Assembly: GCF_040938485.1 (NCBI RefSeq)
Contig: NW_027272059.1
Coordinates: forward strand, 186,001 to 250,000
Direction: 5' to 3'
Length of the DNA stretch: 64,000 nt
From: Diadema antillarum
Taxonomy: Eukaryota
Shown here: piece after piece, positions 1-13,700 of the stretch
Numbering within the stretch: position 1 is the stretch's first letter
Layout of the letters: each line of letters begins with the position of its first letter
The notes under the pieces: model-generated
Told to the model about the DNA's origin: nothing
Databases searched by the model: none
Seen by the model: the letters and a program-made list of their open reading frames with translations, nothing else
Program-made: the position numbers and the translations under genes

Positions 1-66
1 TCGTTGACCATGACATGCCAGAGGCGGCTATGAAACTACACTGTGGAAGCTAAGGAACTGTCTTAC

Positions 67-3000
67 CCCTGAAGGTTGAGATGTGAGGCCACCTTGAGGG
101 ATTGGGGGTACTGACTGAGCCCGCTTGCCCCCTTCCTTCTTGGCGCTCTTCTTGCCTTTCTTCTTGCCCTCCTTGGGAGCTGGGAGAGACTCGAACTTGT
201 CGCTGACAATCTTCAGGACTCGTGGGTCTGCCCACCACCTTGCAACATCCATGGCTGTGTCTCCTACACACAAGGAAAAGGGGATATAAATCATTATAGA
301 TTTTACATTCATAAAGTTCATTCCAGGACTGTTTTAAAGAAAATATGATTAACTTACTTTCACCTTTAATTGCAGCTAACATGCCAAAAAAAAACCCAGA
401 TATACATACATTTTAGAATTTTTTTGTGTTGGTGTTATAACACAAAGACCTTTATGAAAATGACTGAGGTTTTGGATATTTCCTCTTTTTTTATTTACAA
501 TGAGACATTATACCATTCTTCTTGAAATAGTGTAAAAATCTCAAACTATGCTGTAACTAGGAGATTCATTGCTCTACTGATACTCTCAGTCTCAAGATGT
601 TAATTATAAGACTGGGACTACACAAACAATATCATAAGTGGTAACATAGGCCCCAACAAAACCTTTTATTCATCTATTAATCTAATTAATCAGGATCACA
701 AATGTGTGTAAATTATCATGTCATATGATATATAATCTTAGACATATTAGGAAATATTTCGATGAGAATAGTACGAAATTGATCATCTATGCATATATTG
801 TTAGTAAACTGGATTATTGCAATGGGATATTATATGAACTTCCTGATTCTCAAGTTGGGCACCTGCAGCGAGTCCAAAACTCTTGCGCAAGGCTTATCTG
901 TAACAAACCCAGGTTCTCAAGGATTACTCCTCTTCTGAAAGACTTACACTGGCTTCTGATTTGTAAAAGAATATTGTTTAAGATTCTGTTGATTGTATAT
1001 AAGTCACTCATCGGTCAAGCCCCCAGTTAATTTCTGAATTACAAGTGCTTAAATCTCACAAACACACTCATAATTTGCACAGTTTTAAGGACACTCTTCT
1101 CTTACAAATTCCAACACGCAAAACAAAAATAACATTGGGAGACCGATCATTTGCCTGTGCAGCTCCAAAACTCTGGAATGATCACCTACCATTAGAAGTC
1201 AGGAAATCCCCAACTGTAGCAGTCATGAAATCACGACTCAAAACACATCTTCTCATTTAACTGTCTATTATCATCAAGTACATCAGAAGCTCTTGCAGCG
1301 CAGAAGAATATATGTCTATAGGCTTTGCACTTTATAAATTGATATATCATCAGTATCATTTATCTTTTTTTTCTCTCTTCTTTTCATTTGCTTACTTGAT
1401 ACATATCATTTAAGCTGCCAAATGTGACTCACCCTTCCTGTTCTCTAGCTGGACATTACAGCCCTTGTTGATGAGGTACTGAACAATGTCTGGTGAGCCG
1501 GTCTGAATGGCTCTCATCAGGGGAGTCCCACCATTCAGTGCCTGGGCATTCATGTCTGCCCCAGCATCCACCAATAGCAGCACAATGTCCAGCTGGCCAG
1601 AGAGGCATGCATGGTGTAGTGGTGTCCACTTGAAGTTGTCATATGTGTTCACCTGGGCCCTACGGAAGAAAAGGGTGTTCTTATTTCAATATAGGCTTGA
1701 ATTTCTTTTCTTTTTTTTCAATGTACCTGTAGATAGTTTCATGATTGTACAACAGGAATCATAGGCTCACATGTGTTACCTACCAATTGTTTTAATTCAC
1801 AATCAATATTTGTTTTATAACAATAGCTACTCTTTTTGACTACTCACAGGCAATTTGTGTGCATAAATTAAAATGTGTAAATAGCTTCAATAAACTTGTG
1901 CCACCTGTCAATTAGTGAGTTCAGTCTTTGCTGTTTCACATTATGGTTACTAATGCCTTCCATGCACAAAGACAACAAGTATGTGCCATAGCGATTACTT
2001 AGCTGTAGCGTTACATCACTTACCCATTTTCCAGCAAAAACTTTGTAATCTGCAAGTTGCCCTGGGCACACGAGATCATGAGAGCTGTCTTGAAGTATTT
2101 GTCCCTGACGTCTGCTGTCCTGCCATGAATGAAGGCCTGCTTCAAGGAGTCCAGATCACCCATCTTGGCAGCATCATTCACATTGATGTACGTCTTCTCC
2201 GGATGATGGAGATACCACGCCGAGTCATCCTGGATGGGATGAAGCGGTGGGCGGTCTCTGTCAAATCGACCAGTGTCAGTGAAGGGCACATGCCTCTCAA
2301 TAAACGTTGGAGGGGGTCCGCCCCGTTCCGTCCTATCACCCTCTGGTCCTAGACATATCGGCATAGGCACTTTTGTTTTACCCTTCTTCTTTTTGCCCTT
2401 TTTGCCCTTCTTCTTTTTATCTTTCTTTGAGTATGCTGACATGAGGTAGGTTTTGTGCACATATTTCTTGGCAGCTAAGAAGTCATTGTAGTTGATTACA
2501 TTTTCCTTTGTTTTGTCGTAGAGCAAGAATAGTTTCTTGAAGTCCTCCTCATCAATGGGGGCATCCATTGTCACGAGCACATCATAGAACTGGTCCTTTG
2601 AGATGACTTCATTGTCCTCTGTGTCCAGTTCAGAGAATTTCATTAAAAGGTCATCTTGTCTGCTGACTGCCCAGTCGTAGAGCCGGACTGCCCAGGACTC
2701 AGTTGGTGCCTTGCCCCCTGACTGTATCTTCTTTGCAAGCTTCTCTGCCTTCCGACATTCTTTGAGTGCATCTTTGAAACCATAGTTCTTGGCAATTGCT
2801 TTGGGTAACAGGCCATCCTCATTTTTCAAGTGTGCCTTTGCTCCTGTGAGAACAAGAAGATAGAATATTGCACAGATTTATTCAACAGTGACAAACTTAA
2901 GGTTTTCAAAGGAAATACAATATCAGAGATCTCCCACAATAAACACTATGTGGCATAATTATTTTGACAATACACACTGTTAGTAGGTATTACTGTAAAA

Positions 3001-5663
3001 CATGATATATTCGCGGCATGAAATTTTCGTGACTTGCCACTGCCAGCCAATGCATATTGTGTAGGCAAGAACTTTCACATGCATTTTGATTTCGCAAATG
3101 TTGCCACTCGCGAAATTCGCGAAATTAAAATGCACGCGAACATTCGTTTTACAGTACCTCACTTTCATATTATTCCCCTGTCAGCTGACTCCACTCTGTA
3201 CAAGATCACTGGTTTGAGTTTCAACCTCACAATCCCTATTATTTATTTATTTTTTTGCAGGAGGGGGGCATATTTGTGGGTTGTTTTTTGTTATCTTTAA
3301 AATTACCTATATTCCAGATAACACCCTTCTGCCACCTCTCGATGATTTGCTGACTATGTGTTTACAGCTAATGATTGTGTAATGCCTGTTATGATGAACC
3401 TTACAATGCATTTACTTGACCTCCCAAACTATACTTCAAATGAAATCAATGGATTATCCAAATTTTGACTGTGAAAATGCAAACGGTACACACTGCATGC
3501 ATAAAGAGCCATAAATGCACACAGACACATGCATATGCAAGGTACACCTATTTTGTGCCTGTTCGTGGGAGTATGTAACTAAATCTATATAATTTCAAAT
3601 TCGAATCTAAACCATGGATATGATTCAAACTACCTTTGTGTATTTGAGTCATATATTTAAATTAACAGGTCATGCCAAGAATGTAACCTACCCCTCTGTG
3701 CTAGGTATCTGCAGCACAGCGCATGACCACCCTCTGCTGCATAGTGGACAGGGGAGTTCAGGATGACGTCTAAACAGCCAAAGTCAGCCCCATAGCTGGC
3801 CAGGACCTGTAGCACCTCAAAGTGACCTCTCATGGCTGCCCGGTGTGTTGGGGTCAGTGAGTTCTTGTCTGGGGTGTTGACATCACCCCCCTTGGAGAGG
3901 ATACGTTTGACTACAGCCTCGCTGCCACTCCCAGCTGCAGCATTCAGTGCTGTTCTTCCACTGGACTGTGAAGACGAAAATATCAATAATCTCAATTGAT
4001 TTCAATATTACTGTAAAACATGATATATTCGCGGCATGAATTTTTCGCGAATTGGAGCCGACGGCCTTTTTGCGGCATGAAATTTTCGCGAACTGCCACT
4101 GGCAATCAATGCATATAGTGTAGACAAGAACTTTCGCGTGCATTTTAATTTCGCGAATCTTGGCGCTCGCGAAATTCGCGAAATTAAAATGCACACGAAA
4201 ATTCCTCGTTTTACAGTATTGACTTTTGTTTGCTTTTTGGGAGGGGGTTAAGTATACATAGCAGAATGTCAAAAATGGAGTATTTATCATGAGTAGCAAC
4301 ACTTTAGCTGAAAGTCATGAGACAAACTGTGCATTTCTGTCTGTAATTTGCAATCAGTATTTCCACACCTTGATATTTCTTGTTTGCAAACTTCAGAAAA
4401 AAAAAATTATCATAGAAAACTGTATGTAATATTAGCAAATCTTCATTTTCCATTCATTAGTACTAGATAAGGAAGGGTTACTTACAGCATGCACACTATT
4501 TGGGTCTGCTCCATGCTCCAGAAGTTTGAGACAGATGCCCTCGTTCTCCTTGGCCTCGAGGCATGCGACCACCAAAAGGGGCATCCCATCATTGGCAACA
4601 TTATTGCATTCTGCTCCATTCTCAATGGCGATGGTGGTACACTTGTCATGTCGACTTGTAGGCAAGATGCAGTAGAACAAGATGCCTGTGTAGGATTAAA
4701 AAAGAATTAGAGATAAAATGTTTCACATGCATAATATGTCGTGAACCATTGAAGAATATACATACATGTATATAGATTCTATATTACCCAATAAATTTGC
4801 AGGATGGTTAATCCTACATGAATGATACAATTTGTAACTTTGGCTCAAAAAATAAGTAAAGCTTGGAATTTTGTTGGATTGTGTTGGAGTCAATATTTTG
4901 TCACACCACTTGTAGCTGATAGTAATGCACATTCAAAGATCCTACGTAAATCAAACAATACAATTAGTCTGTACCAGCTATGTCAAAAATTGAATGATGG
5001 GCCCCTGTATACTGAAATGATGCTACAAAATCACACGCCACAGGGGTAAGCAAGACATGACATACGATGCAAAATTTATACCAACAGACCATGGAGGTAC
5101 AAGTACCTCCATGAACAGACATTTAATTACAAAAATGTGCACTCAAAATATAAAAGATTGAAGTCTTAGTCAGTGCTATATGTTGACTGACCCAGTGTGC
5201 TTGCACTGGACTAGCTTCAAACACATTTTCACACCCTATTATAAGGCAGGCAAGCTTTTCACATTGATCTGTTATAATGTCTAAAACTACTTCACTATGA
5301 TACAGATTTGAACTCACCTTTGCCATCTGTATCTTTGACTTTCATGTCCGAACCAGCCGTCGCTAAGATTTCGAGAGTCTGCACATGACCGAACTCTGCA
5401 GCCCTCATGGCAGCCGTCCTCCCTTTCAAGTCAATGACATTTGGATGTGCTCCAAAGTCCAGCAAGAACCGCACCATCTCTTCATCATTGACTCGGGCAG
5501 CCAAATGCAGTCCCGTCTCCCCTTCATCTGGCTCGCTGTAGTTGACAAGATGTGGGACTCCATGGGAACACAACTTTTCAATCTGAGCCTTGTCTTTCGT
5601 GCGAACACACTGGAGAAATTTGTGCACCTGCAAGATCTCCAGACGGGTTTGTGCTACAGGCAT
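67..5663 (-). CDS. ANKEF1: Ankyrin repeat and EF-hand domain-containing protein 1 (3'-partial, continues past window start)
   Basis: Coding exons 5318-5663, 4486-4685, 3692-3965, 2024-2843, 1433-1659 and 67-263 all have GT-AG boundaries and compatible phases (688 codons). The translation (MPVAQTRLEILQVHKFLQCVR...GKGILFYCILPTSRH...WAVRLYDW...DRPPLHPIQDDSAWY...DNFKWTPLHHAC...LENRKGDTAMDVA) is colinear with vertebrate ANKEF1 as I recall it: N-terminal ankyrins, EF-hand region, Lys-rich linker, C-terminal ankyrins. Confidence 0.95.
700..1345 (+). mobile_element. 5'-truncated L2-clade LINE (RT C-terminus plus 3' UTR), degenerate, antisense in an ANKEF1 intron
   Basis: ORFs 704-1030 and 1045-1260 read SKLDYCNGIL...LQRVQNSCARL...ITPLLKDLHWL...FKILLIVYK and GDRSFACAAPKLWN, the typical L2/CR1-group RT C-terminus. 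The frame is broken by a stop and frameshift. Confidence 0.9.
2991..3156. mobile_element. TA-flanked MITE (TACTGTAAAAC...GTTTTACAGTA family), short copy
   Basis: Terminal inverted repeats with TA at both ends; near-identical to 4009-4218 except for about 45 bp missing internally. Confidence 0.85.
4009..4218. mobile_element. TA-flanked MITE (TACTGTAAAAC family), longer copy
   Basis: TIRs tactgtaaaac / gttttacagta, with internal repeats of TTTTCGCG/CGCGAAA. Confidence 0.85.
5083..5120. mobile_element. 24-bp palindromic insert with 7-bp direct repeats (P-element-like remnant or footprint)
   Basis: AACAGAC|CATGGAGGTAC-AA-GTACCTCCATG|AACAGAC: a perfect 11-bp inverted repeat flanked by an exact 7-bp duplication. 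Confidence 0.6.
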
Positions 5664-6307
5664 CGTTGATGGTTTAGATCTCTACCGCTGATTTCTCTTA
5701 TTATATGAAGGTTGATTGTCTTTGCGGCACTTTTGCCGTTTGCACGGTCAGTTTAAAATAATTTCCAGTTCATTTTAGAAGTGGTCTTACCTCATAGATT
5801 CACGTTGGCAATGATTGCACGATTGTATTTGCCACTTTGGATTCCTAGCTTGGCAAAGTCCAGTCAACTTTGCGATGCCGACTGGAATTTTTTTTCTTCT
5901 TTCAATTACAAACAACAGAGTGATCCACCTGCCGCAGCTGCCCGACTTCCGCAACTTCAGTGCTGTCCCACGCGATATGAAAATTGATTTTGTCAAATAT
6001 CGTGAGTTATTTTAATTGCCGTTTGTACTTCGTTCCTCTTGCGACAGGTGTCGGATACCCAGCTGATACGTCAATAGCTAATAGGTAACGGTGGTTGGTG
6101 AAAAACAACAATTTGTCAATATTTTCTCGGTGCTTACATTGCCCACCTCATCGTTGTGTTCGTGTGTTGTGCTGTTTTCAATGGCTGCTAGCAAGACGGC
6201 CGCGGCGGGGACGGTCATAGCATCTGGCATGTACACAGCATGCACATCGCGATCCGATGCCCAAGAATAGCTTCACGTCGCGACTCAATAGCGTGTGTAG
6301 CAATGGT

Positions 6308-6321
6308 GTTGCTATGGGAAT
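6308..6321. promoter_or_regulatory. RFX X-box-like motif upstream of ANKEF1
   Basis: GTTGCTATGGGAAT differs at 2 positions from GTTGCTATGGCAAC. A second X-box-like site GCTGCTAGCAAG lies at 6184-6195. Both are in the CpG-rich zone 0.5-0.65 kb upstream of the ANKEF1 ATG. Confidence 0.55.
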
Positions 6322-6617
6322 CACAATCAAGGGGGCGGTCTGCATTGTTAGGTCCCATCCACCGTGCTCTGTCGTACAACACGGGAATAAATCGCTCCAG
6401 ATCGGAACGGTAATGAGGAGGTGTGTATTCGGGACTGGACATCTTTACAGTACCTGTTCGCCTATAATAAAAGTATCTTCTAAGCTCCTTGTTCTTGTTT
6501 TTTTTATTCCCATCTCCTTTGAGTCTTCTTTCTTCTTCAACCTTCCCCTCCTCCTCGTCTTTCCCTCCACCTCTGACCACCTCCTCCTTGATTCCTCTTC
6601 TTGATTCTTCTTGATTC

Positions 6618-6800
6618 NNNNNNNNNNNNNNNNNNNNNNNNNNNNNNNNNNNNNNNNNNNNNNNNNNNNNNNNNNNNNNNNNNNNNNNNNNNNNNNNNNN
6701 NNNNNNNNNNNNNNNNNNNNNNNNNNNNNNNNNNNNNNNNNNNNNNNNNNNNNNNNNNNNNNNNNNNNNNNNNNNNNNNNNNNNNNNNNNNNNNNNNNNN
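6618..6800. other. Assembly gap (183 N) next to a CT-rich low-complexity tract
   Basis: Run of N; the left flank 6480-6617 is (TTC/CCT)-rich. Confidence 0.99.
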
Positions 6801-9800
6801 GTATCTTTTAAACTTTTATTTCATAGTTTTATAGAAAACAAATTATACTCCTGACTTAAATATAGGATTTGCACTGTGACTGAACACTGACATGATGATC
6901 AAGAGGAATATAGGCCTATTGGTATATTTTTGCTTCCATATTAGTTGGGAGAACTTTTTTTTTTACAACACAGATGAACTGACGAGACAAAACAAAAGAA
7001 AACAGACAGACAAGCAAGCATTTTGTTCTTGCACCAAAAAAAAAAGAAGAAAGAAACGAAGCAGGAATTAGACAGTTAATCTAAATCATTGTAAACCTGA
7101 AACGAATAAATTAGGCATAACTATACATACTGATATAAGTTTCACAGAGGCAAGTTTCATAACTGCTTGCCATGGAATTCGATGTATACAACAGAATGCA
7201 GAGCAGGGGAATCATTATTGAGATGTAAAAAAAGATGACTGAAAGGCTATTAAGATATTGGAATAAAATGAATGAAATGAAGTTCTAAAAGAATGTCCTA
7301 GTTGGGAAATTAAAATAATGCATATTAGGATTTTAAAAAGATTGAAAGAATGTTCAAAAGTTCAACACTTATTTCCCTTGAAATAGAGCTGAACGTTGAG
7401 ATTGTGCATGCTTAGGCCTAAAGACCATGGAATTGGTTTCCCAGAATAATGAGATATGTTGTAGTACACAGTGATTGTCTTTTGAGTATAGCTTGTAAGT
7501 GATGTCTCGACCTATTACTCTGCAGAATACACGAACTTTTTAGACATATTAAGATTATTCTGCCCACAACGTATTAAATACCACGTGAACCATCACGTTC
7601 AGAGTTTGGTGTTAACGGGTTGCATGAGAGGGTTAAAAAATGCTATTGCGCTACAGTCTGAAAGTTTCAATTTGGAATTATCCTGTTATAATGATTCTAC
7701 CGAAGTTACTCAATCAAAATGTGCAAACACACAGGGTATAGATGAATGAAAATCAAATAAGTCGACATTTTGAATTTAGTAGTTTCTTACGAGTATCTTT
7801 CATAATTTTATCAAAGTCTCAAAAGAAGAAACATCAGATTCCAAACTTTGCCGATATGTTGATTGTTATAAACTCGACGACAAGATTCTAATTTAGTCAT
7901 TACGAAATAGATCAAGAAATAATAAATTGCATATGGTATTCAAATAAAAGTATTTTTGCGATGTGTAACTTTGTAATACTTTTATATCCAAATCTATATT
8001 ATTGCTTTTCAGTCAACGCTCTTTGCTCCGATAAGGATGACTAAGAAAAATGTACCTTAAAGTTTTATTGACCATTGCATGATGGGGGTCTCTTCTCGAT
8101 GCTTTATTGTGTGGAAACTCAAAGACAGCAGAGGAAGGTCGTGTATATAAAATGTGGCCGTACTTTTGGGAGAATGGACAATCGTCAGGTGGATGAGTAG
8201 TATGGTGAAATATCAAATGTACTATGAATATAAGATATATCTCAAATATGAAACATAGTATATGGCGAAAAAAGAAAAGATAGTATAAAAAACAGGCAAG
8301 ATAGACTGAATCAAGGAGTGACAGATCTCGACGTCAGATCTGATACACGAGAGGAGGAGCCACGCGGGGGAGATGATGAGAACGTGCAAGATAGGTGTTG
8401 CGAAGCTGGGCAATGCTGAACACCATTTTTTTTTTTTTTATATAGATTTACACCACACAGGGTGAGTAGAGGATAACATGACGGGATAGAGTTAAGAAGA
8501 CTAGAAGCTTCATACTTTGTCGAGATGATGATTAGTGTCGAGGGGGAAGACAATACCAAGCAGATCCCTGCTTGGGGGAGAATGTACGTGAGCAACATAA
8601 GAACGAAAAATATGTCTAAATTGTGAATCTAGGAAGAGGTAATGTAAAGGAGATAGTACAGTACCGAATACCTCATGTCTCTTGTCAAATCAAGTTTTTG
8701 TGAAAGCAAAGAAGAGAAAGTTAATATTGCATGAAGTGTAATATAGATAGATAATGTCAATGTGATTTAAAAAGACGTAAGCCATCTGAGGCGCGAATTC
8801 CACATTGTGTTTCTCACTAAAGGTCTGAATTGTTCACGTAGAGTCTGAGTTGCTGTTGTTTGCTGTTTCACACTGTCTTATTTTGTAACTGGAAACAAAA
8901 GTATTCGCTGAAAGGACTGTCACTATGTCTAAGATTATAATGAGAATATGGATTTTACATGTGACGAAAGAAACATGTTATGCGAGACTGCAAAACGCCA
9001 CTACACACAAGCACCATGAGGAGACTGGATAAACAATCTTAAACAGCGCCATCTACAATCCAAATTAGACACGCCGCCGGTGATTGCAAATATTTTTCCA
9101 TATACATACCGCTAATAGGTCGATATCTGTTAGCAAAAATCTGTCTTAACGGTTTAATTTTGCTACTACGATGTACATTTTCCGAATTAAGCCGAGTGCA
9201 GGAGAGCCACCATGTACGTGCCCAAGCAAAATTAGCTAAAACAAATCACGGGGGGGGGGGGGGGTTCTAGTTATCCAGTGGCAGATCCGGGAAAGGAGGG
9301 GGGGGGGGGGGCAATAGGCGGTTTACAGTGTAAGCCCCCCCCCCCCCTTACCTCAATTTGGCTATTTTTGTTTTTTTTTATTAGTTTGCATAGGGGTTTT
9401 TAAACTCTTTTAGTGGACTAGCTTTTTTTGTATTTGCTTGTCAGCTGATTTTGGGAGAGAAGTGGCACCAAATAAACTGAAGACCTAGCTTTCTTTTCTT
9501 TTTTTTTTGTTTTTTGTTTTTTGTTTTTTGCTTGCTTGTCATGACCGATTGTCATTGGGTCAACTCCCTCCCCGGCCCTTTAGTATAAAGCTATCCGCTC
9601 CTCATTCGAGAACTTGAATATTAGATGAGAGATGAGACGAGAAGAGAAGAGAAAGAAAGGAGAGGAAAGCGGATGATCGAGAGGGGAGGGAGCTCTAGGG
9701 AAGGGAGAGAGGAAAGAAAACATCAGAGAAAAGTTTGTGTTTACTTACTTTTCCCACATATGTAGATATATTTCCTCCAACTCTACAGCATTCAGTTTTA

Positions 9801-9947
9801 TGGTGAGCGATCTTTTGCTCATGTACCATCTTAGGCCCTGAATAAACTCCAGTTGTATGATCCTAATTGTATGTACCAATGGAGTCTTTCTTTCTTTACT
9901 AACAAGTGCAAATATCTCACAATCCCTAAATTTATAGCAGTTAGTAA

Positions 9948-10151
9948 TACTGTAAGAGCTGAAATTTTTGCGTACAGATATTTTCGCGAATTGCTACTTG
10001 GAGGGCACTTTCGCGTGTTGTTGCAAGAGTCTAACTGAACTTAGTTATTCGCGCGTTGTTATTTTCGCGTGTTGTTATTTTAGCGGTTCAAAGGCGATTG
10101 GCGAAATTCACGAAAATAAAAACCACCGCGAAAATTTCAGCCCGTACAGTA
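9948..10151. mobile_element. TA-flanked MITE, TACTGTA-terminus subfamily
   Basis: About 25-bp imperfect TIRs tactgtaagagctgaaatttttgcg / cgcgaaaatttcagcccgtacagta. Confidence 0.8.
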
Positions 10152-10710
10152 TACAGTATAGCTGCTTATTGGCAATTTGCATGTTTTCACTATTGTAAAA
10201 GATTTTGAATTTCTTTTGTAGGCCTATATCAAAGAGATTTTCCCCAGTGGTGGGGAGAAGAAAAATCTTTTTGGCCTAGGCCTATATATTCAGATTCAGA
10301 TTGTGTAATGCTTCTCGAGAGTGAATGGGACGGGAATTTTTACATATGAGGCAATTATCGGATTTTATTTTGTTTCTTTTGTTTCTATTTCTGTTGTTTC
10401 AGTTCTTCTTCTTTTTCTGTGTGACTACCCTTCTGTTATACCGTCACTTCTTCTTTATTGCTGTTAGTGTGTCTTCAATTTCTAGTTTCAGAATCCGCCG
10501 CTTTAGCGGTATGGAAAACAAAATTACAGCTGCAGCTTTTGCACAGCCATGGCCCATGTGCTCAAGCGAGCGAGCGAGCGTCAGCGGCCGCGCCGGTGGT
10601 TAACTAGCTACACACAACCCAGTCGGTACTAACAGCGTCTGGTCGGGCTAGCCGGTGGTACAATGTACATGCTTGTTGAATGAATGGTGATCGGAACGGA
10701 ATCTTGGAAA

Positions 10711-13700
10711 ATGTGGCGCATGGTTTGGAAAGCGATGCACAGTGAAAGTGCCCATTGTTTGCTCGGAAAAGGAAGCCGAGTGCGTTTAAAGCATTTTGCT
10801 GCAGGAAATGCGGATGATATGTTCGGTAGTGTCGAGGCAGTTATTGGCAAAAGGTGAGAATTTCGTAATGTTCAAGTGCTGAACCCACACAATTTTGCAC
10901 ATGCGGGACTGAGGAGAACATGTGATGTATCATCTGTCTTCTCTCGAGCTCTCTTACATGATCATGGATACATTTTGTTAAGCTGTTTGCATGTGCATGT
11001 AATCAGTACGTGAAATTGTTCAGATGTGTTAGCTCGTCACCGGTTTTTTCATTACGGTTTTTTTTTTCCATTACGGTTTTTTTTTTTTCCATTATGTGGT
11101 GAATCAATCTCAGGTGAACACATCATCTCACAATCACATGTGAATTGATTGTGACATAGATCTAGAGCTAGTTCTACCAAGATCTACAGTAGTCATACTC
11201 ATAGTGTTCTATCAAACGTTAAACATTCTTCTTCTTCTTCTTCTTCTTTAATAAAGCCTAGGCTGTATAATAATGCAGCCTATCACGAAGATGAACATTC
11301 GATTCATTTAGAGCTCTAGGAATACTAGATCAAGGTAGCATTTTGATTAGTCAGATTTTACAGTGATATTTCAGAGAACAAAGACGCCAAAATTTAATAG
11401 CCTCACACCCACAGGTAGCTTGTGATAAATATCAGCTACAACTGAAATAGGAGCCGCCAGCATGCACTGACTATCACTCTCAGTACCGGTACTGGTATCA
11501 CTGTTTGCACTAGCTAGCACCACTGACACTGTCTCAGCAAACTATAAATAATGTACCACTGGTAGCTGTATGATAAAATTTTGTTGTGTGCCTGGCAGCT
11601 AGATTGTTGTTAACATGCTTCCCTGTGCATGGCAGATTGTATTATGGGAGACGGGGTCAATTCCCACAACTTTCTGCCATGTGAAGGGAAGTGACTTAAC
11701 TACATTCTGCCATACACACAATGATTTATGGTATTGCCGATTAATTGGTAACAGTTAAAGGAAGCCGCTACAAAACTCATCCCAAACATTCAACATTTGC
11801 CATATGAAAAGAGACTTGCAAAACTGAAACTAACCTCTGGAGAAAAGAAGAGAGAAAGGAGACTCACTTTGAACTTACATGATAATGAAAAAAATGGACA
11901 AATCCAAACCAGAGAATTAATTTGAGATTGCCAAAACCGGATAAAACTAAGAAGTCATTCTAAGCCAAAAACAAGAAGCCACCATGACATTAGGAAGAAC
12001 TTCTACAGCCAGAGAGTTGTCAGTGGCAGAAACAAACTACCACAAATTGTCATTGACGCCCCCCACCTCGAACAATGTTCCAAAGGGATAGAGCAGCCAG
12101 CTCTGAGCCAAGCCTCTGTGCAGCCAAGCTGTGATTGGCTCCCCATGCATTGCACAGCTGACTGCACTGGCCCCCATGCCCCACACTCCTACTAAGCTTC
12201 AAAAGACAATAATCCAAACTGGGTTTTTAAATGGGTCCCATTGGACTCCTTTAACCCTGCCACACCACACTATCTAATGTACCTGTATTGTACTTTCACC
12301 ACCATAATAGCAAGGTGTGGCTTTCAAGGTACAAGGTGATTCGATTATAAACGTCATCCAAAATATGACCGGCAGCTATGTGTAAAAACCTATGCTTTAG
12401 CATGCAGTGGAGGTGGACCTTGGACCATGGTGCTGTTTTTTTTATAATCGTAGGGGGTGAAACAGTGTTATTATTGGTGGATCTAGATTGTAGATTTATA
12501 GGCCTAGTAGATATTATATTTTGGCTTTAAAAAATCATCCCTTAGTGATTCCAACGTTGAAAAGCTTTTTGTGATTATATGTGTTTTCAACTATTCAAGA
12601 ATGTGTATTGTTAGCCTGTTTGATATTTGATTGCATATACAATTTGTGAAATGATCTCATGAAGCAATTGTGACATCACAAAGCAATTTGACATCACAGT
12701 TTAGTGTTTCATATGTCACTCTGTGAAACATATTATTGTCTAACAAAACGATGTGACATCACGCCCTATGGTCACTGTAAGAATCCTTCCAGAACATCAC
12801 ATTCACCACATGACATCTTGCCTCACATTATCCCTTTCTTTTGTATAAATTTTTGATCCCAAATTTAAAAAAAAAAACACACAAAACAAATGCTGGTATA
12901 CTCTGTCTAATTTTGAGTTTCTGGTTAAGATTATGGGCCATGGTATCTTCAGAAATACTATTCATTTTGGGGTTGTGTCTGTCGGTGAATAGTGCTATTT
13001 TGGAGTCACCTCTGCCCATAGCTTTACCAGAAACTCTCAAGGCAAAGCACATTGTATTTGTATACTAGATAGAAGTAATACCTTGCTTTTGTATTTTAGT
13101 GCCTAGGTCTGTTTTTAAAAACTCTTTTTTTTTCAGTGAAATATTTGTGTAGAAAACATTGAACGAGTCATTAGTCAGCTGATCATTTATACATCTTTCA
13201 GTTCTTGTACTGTAGGGAAATAGTAAAGATAAGATTAGTTTTTTTTTTTTAAGATAATGATAATGATAATTAGTTGTGCACACAGGGAGAGACTAGCTTC
13301 CTGTATCCATCATTGTATTCATCTTTTATGACAGGCTTATTTTTTTTTCTGTATATTAGACTTTGTTCATATACACTTCTTGAGCAGTGAAGTCAAATGT
13401 TTCTTTTCTCGAATCCAGTCCATTAGTTCTGTCAACAGGGGAGCTCGCCAGGTTAGCAGATGGATGTGCAACTGCAAAGGTAACTTTGCCCCACGAACCC
13501 TTGAATATTTTCTATGAATTAAATGTAGTCATTTTTTCCCCAGCTGGAACAGCATTCAGTAAAGAAACATAATGTTACATGATGATATCAACAAACCTAT
13601 GATCACTACTCTCAGGGAAAACTGTGTTTGTGTGTGGTATGATAGCAGTCATTTAATTTCAGATTTTTTAAATATAATGTCTGGCTGAGCATGATTTTAA

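Noticed and set aside
6215-6580. 121-aa minus-strand ORF upstream of ANKEF1
   Set aside because: It starts in low-complexity sequence beside the gap, overlaps a TACAGTA MITE-like end and the promoter motifs, and has no recognisable homology.
8222-8700. Possible ancient LINE RT remnant on the minus strand
   Set aside because: Only vague resemblance to RT motifs by eye; it needs a translated HMM search to support.
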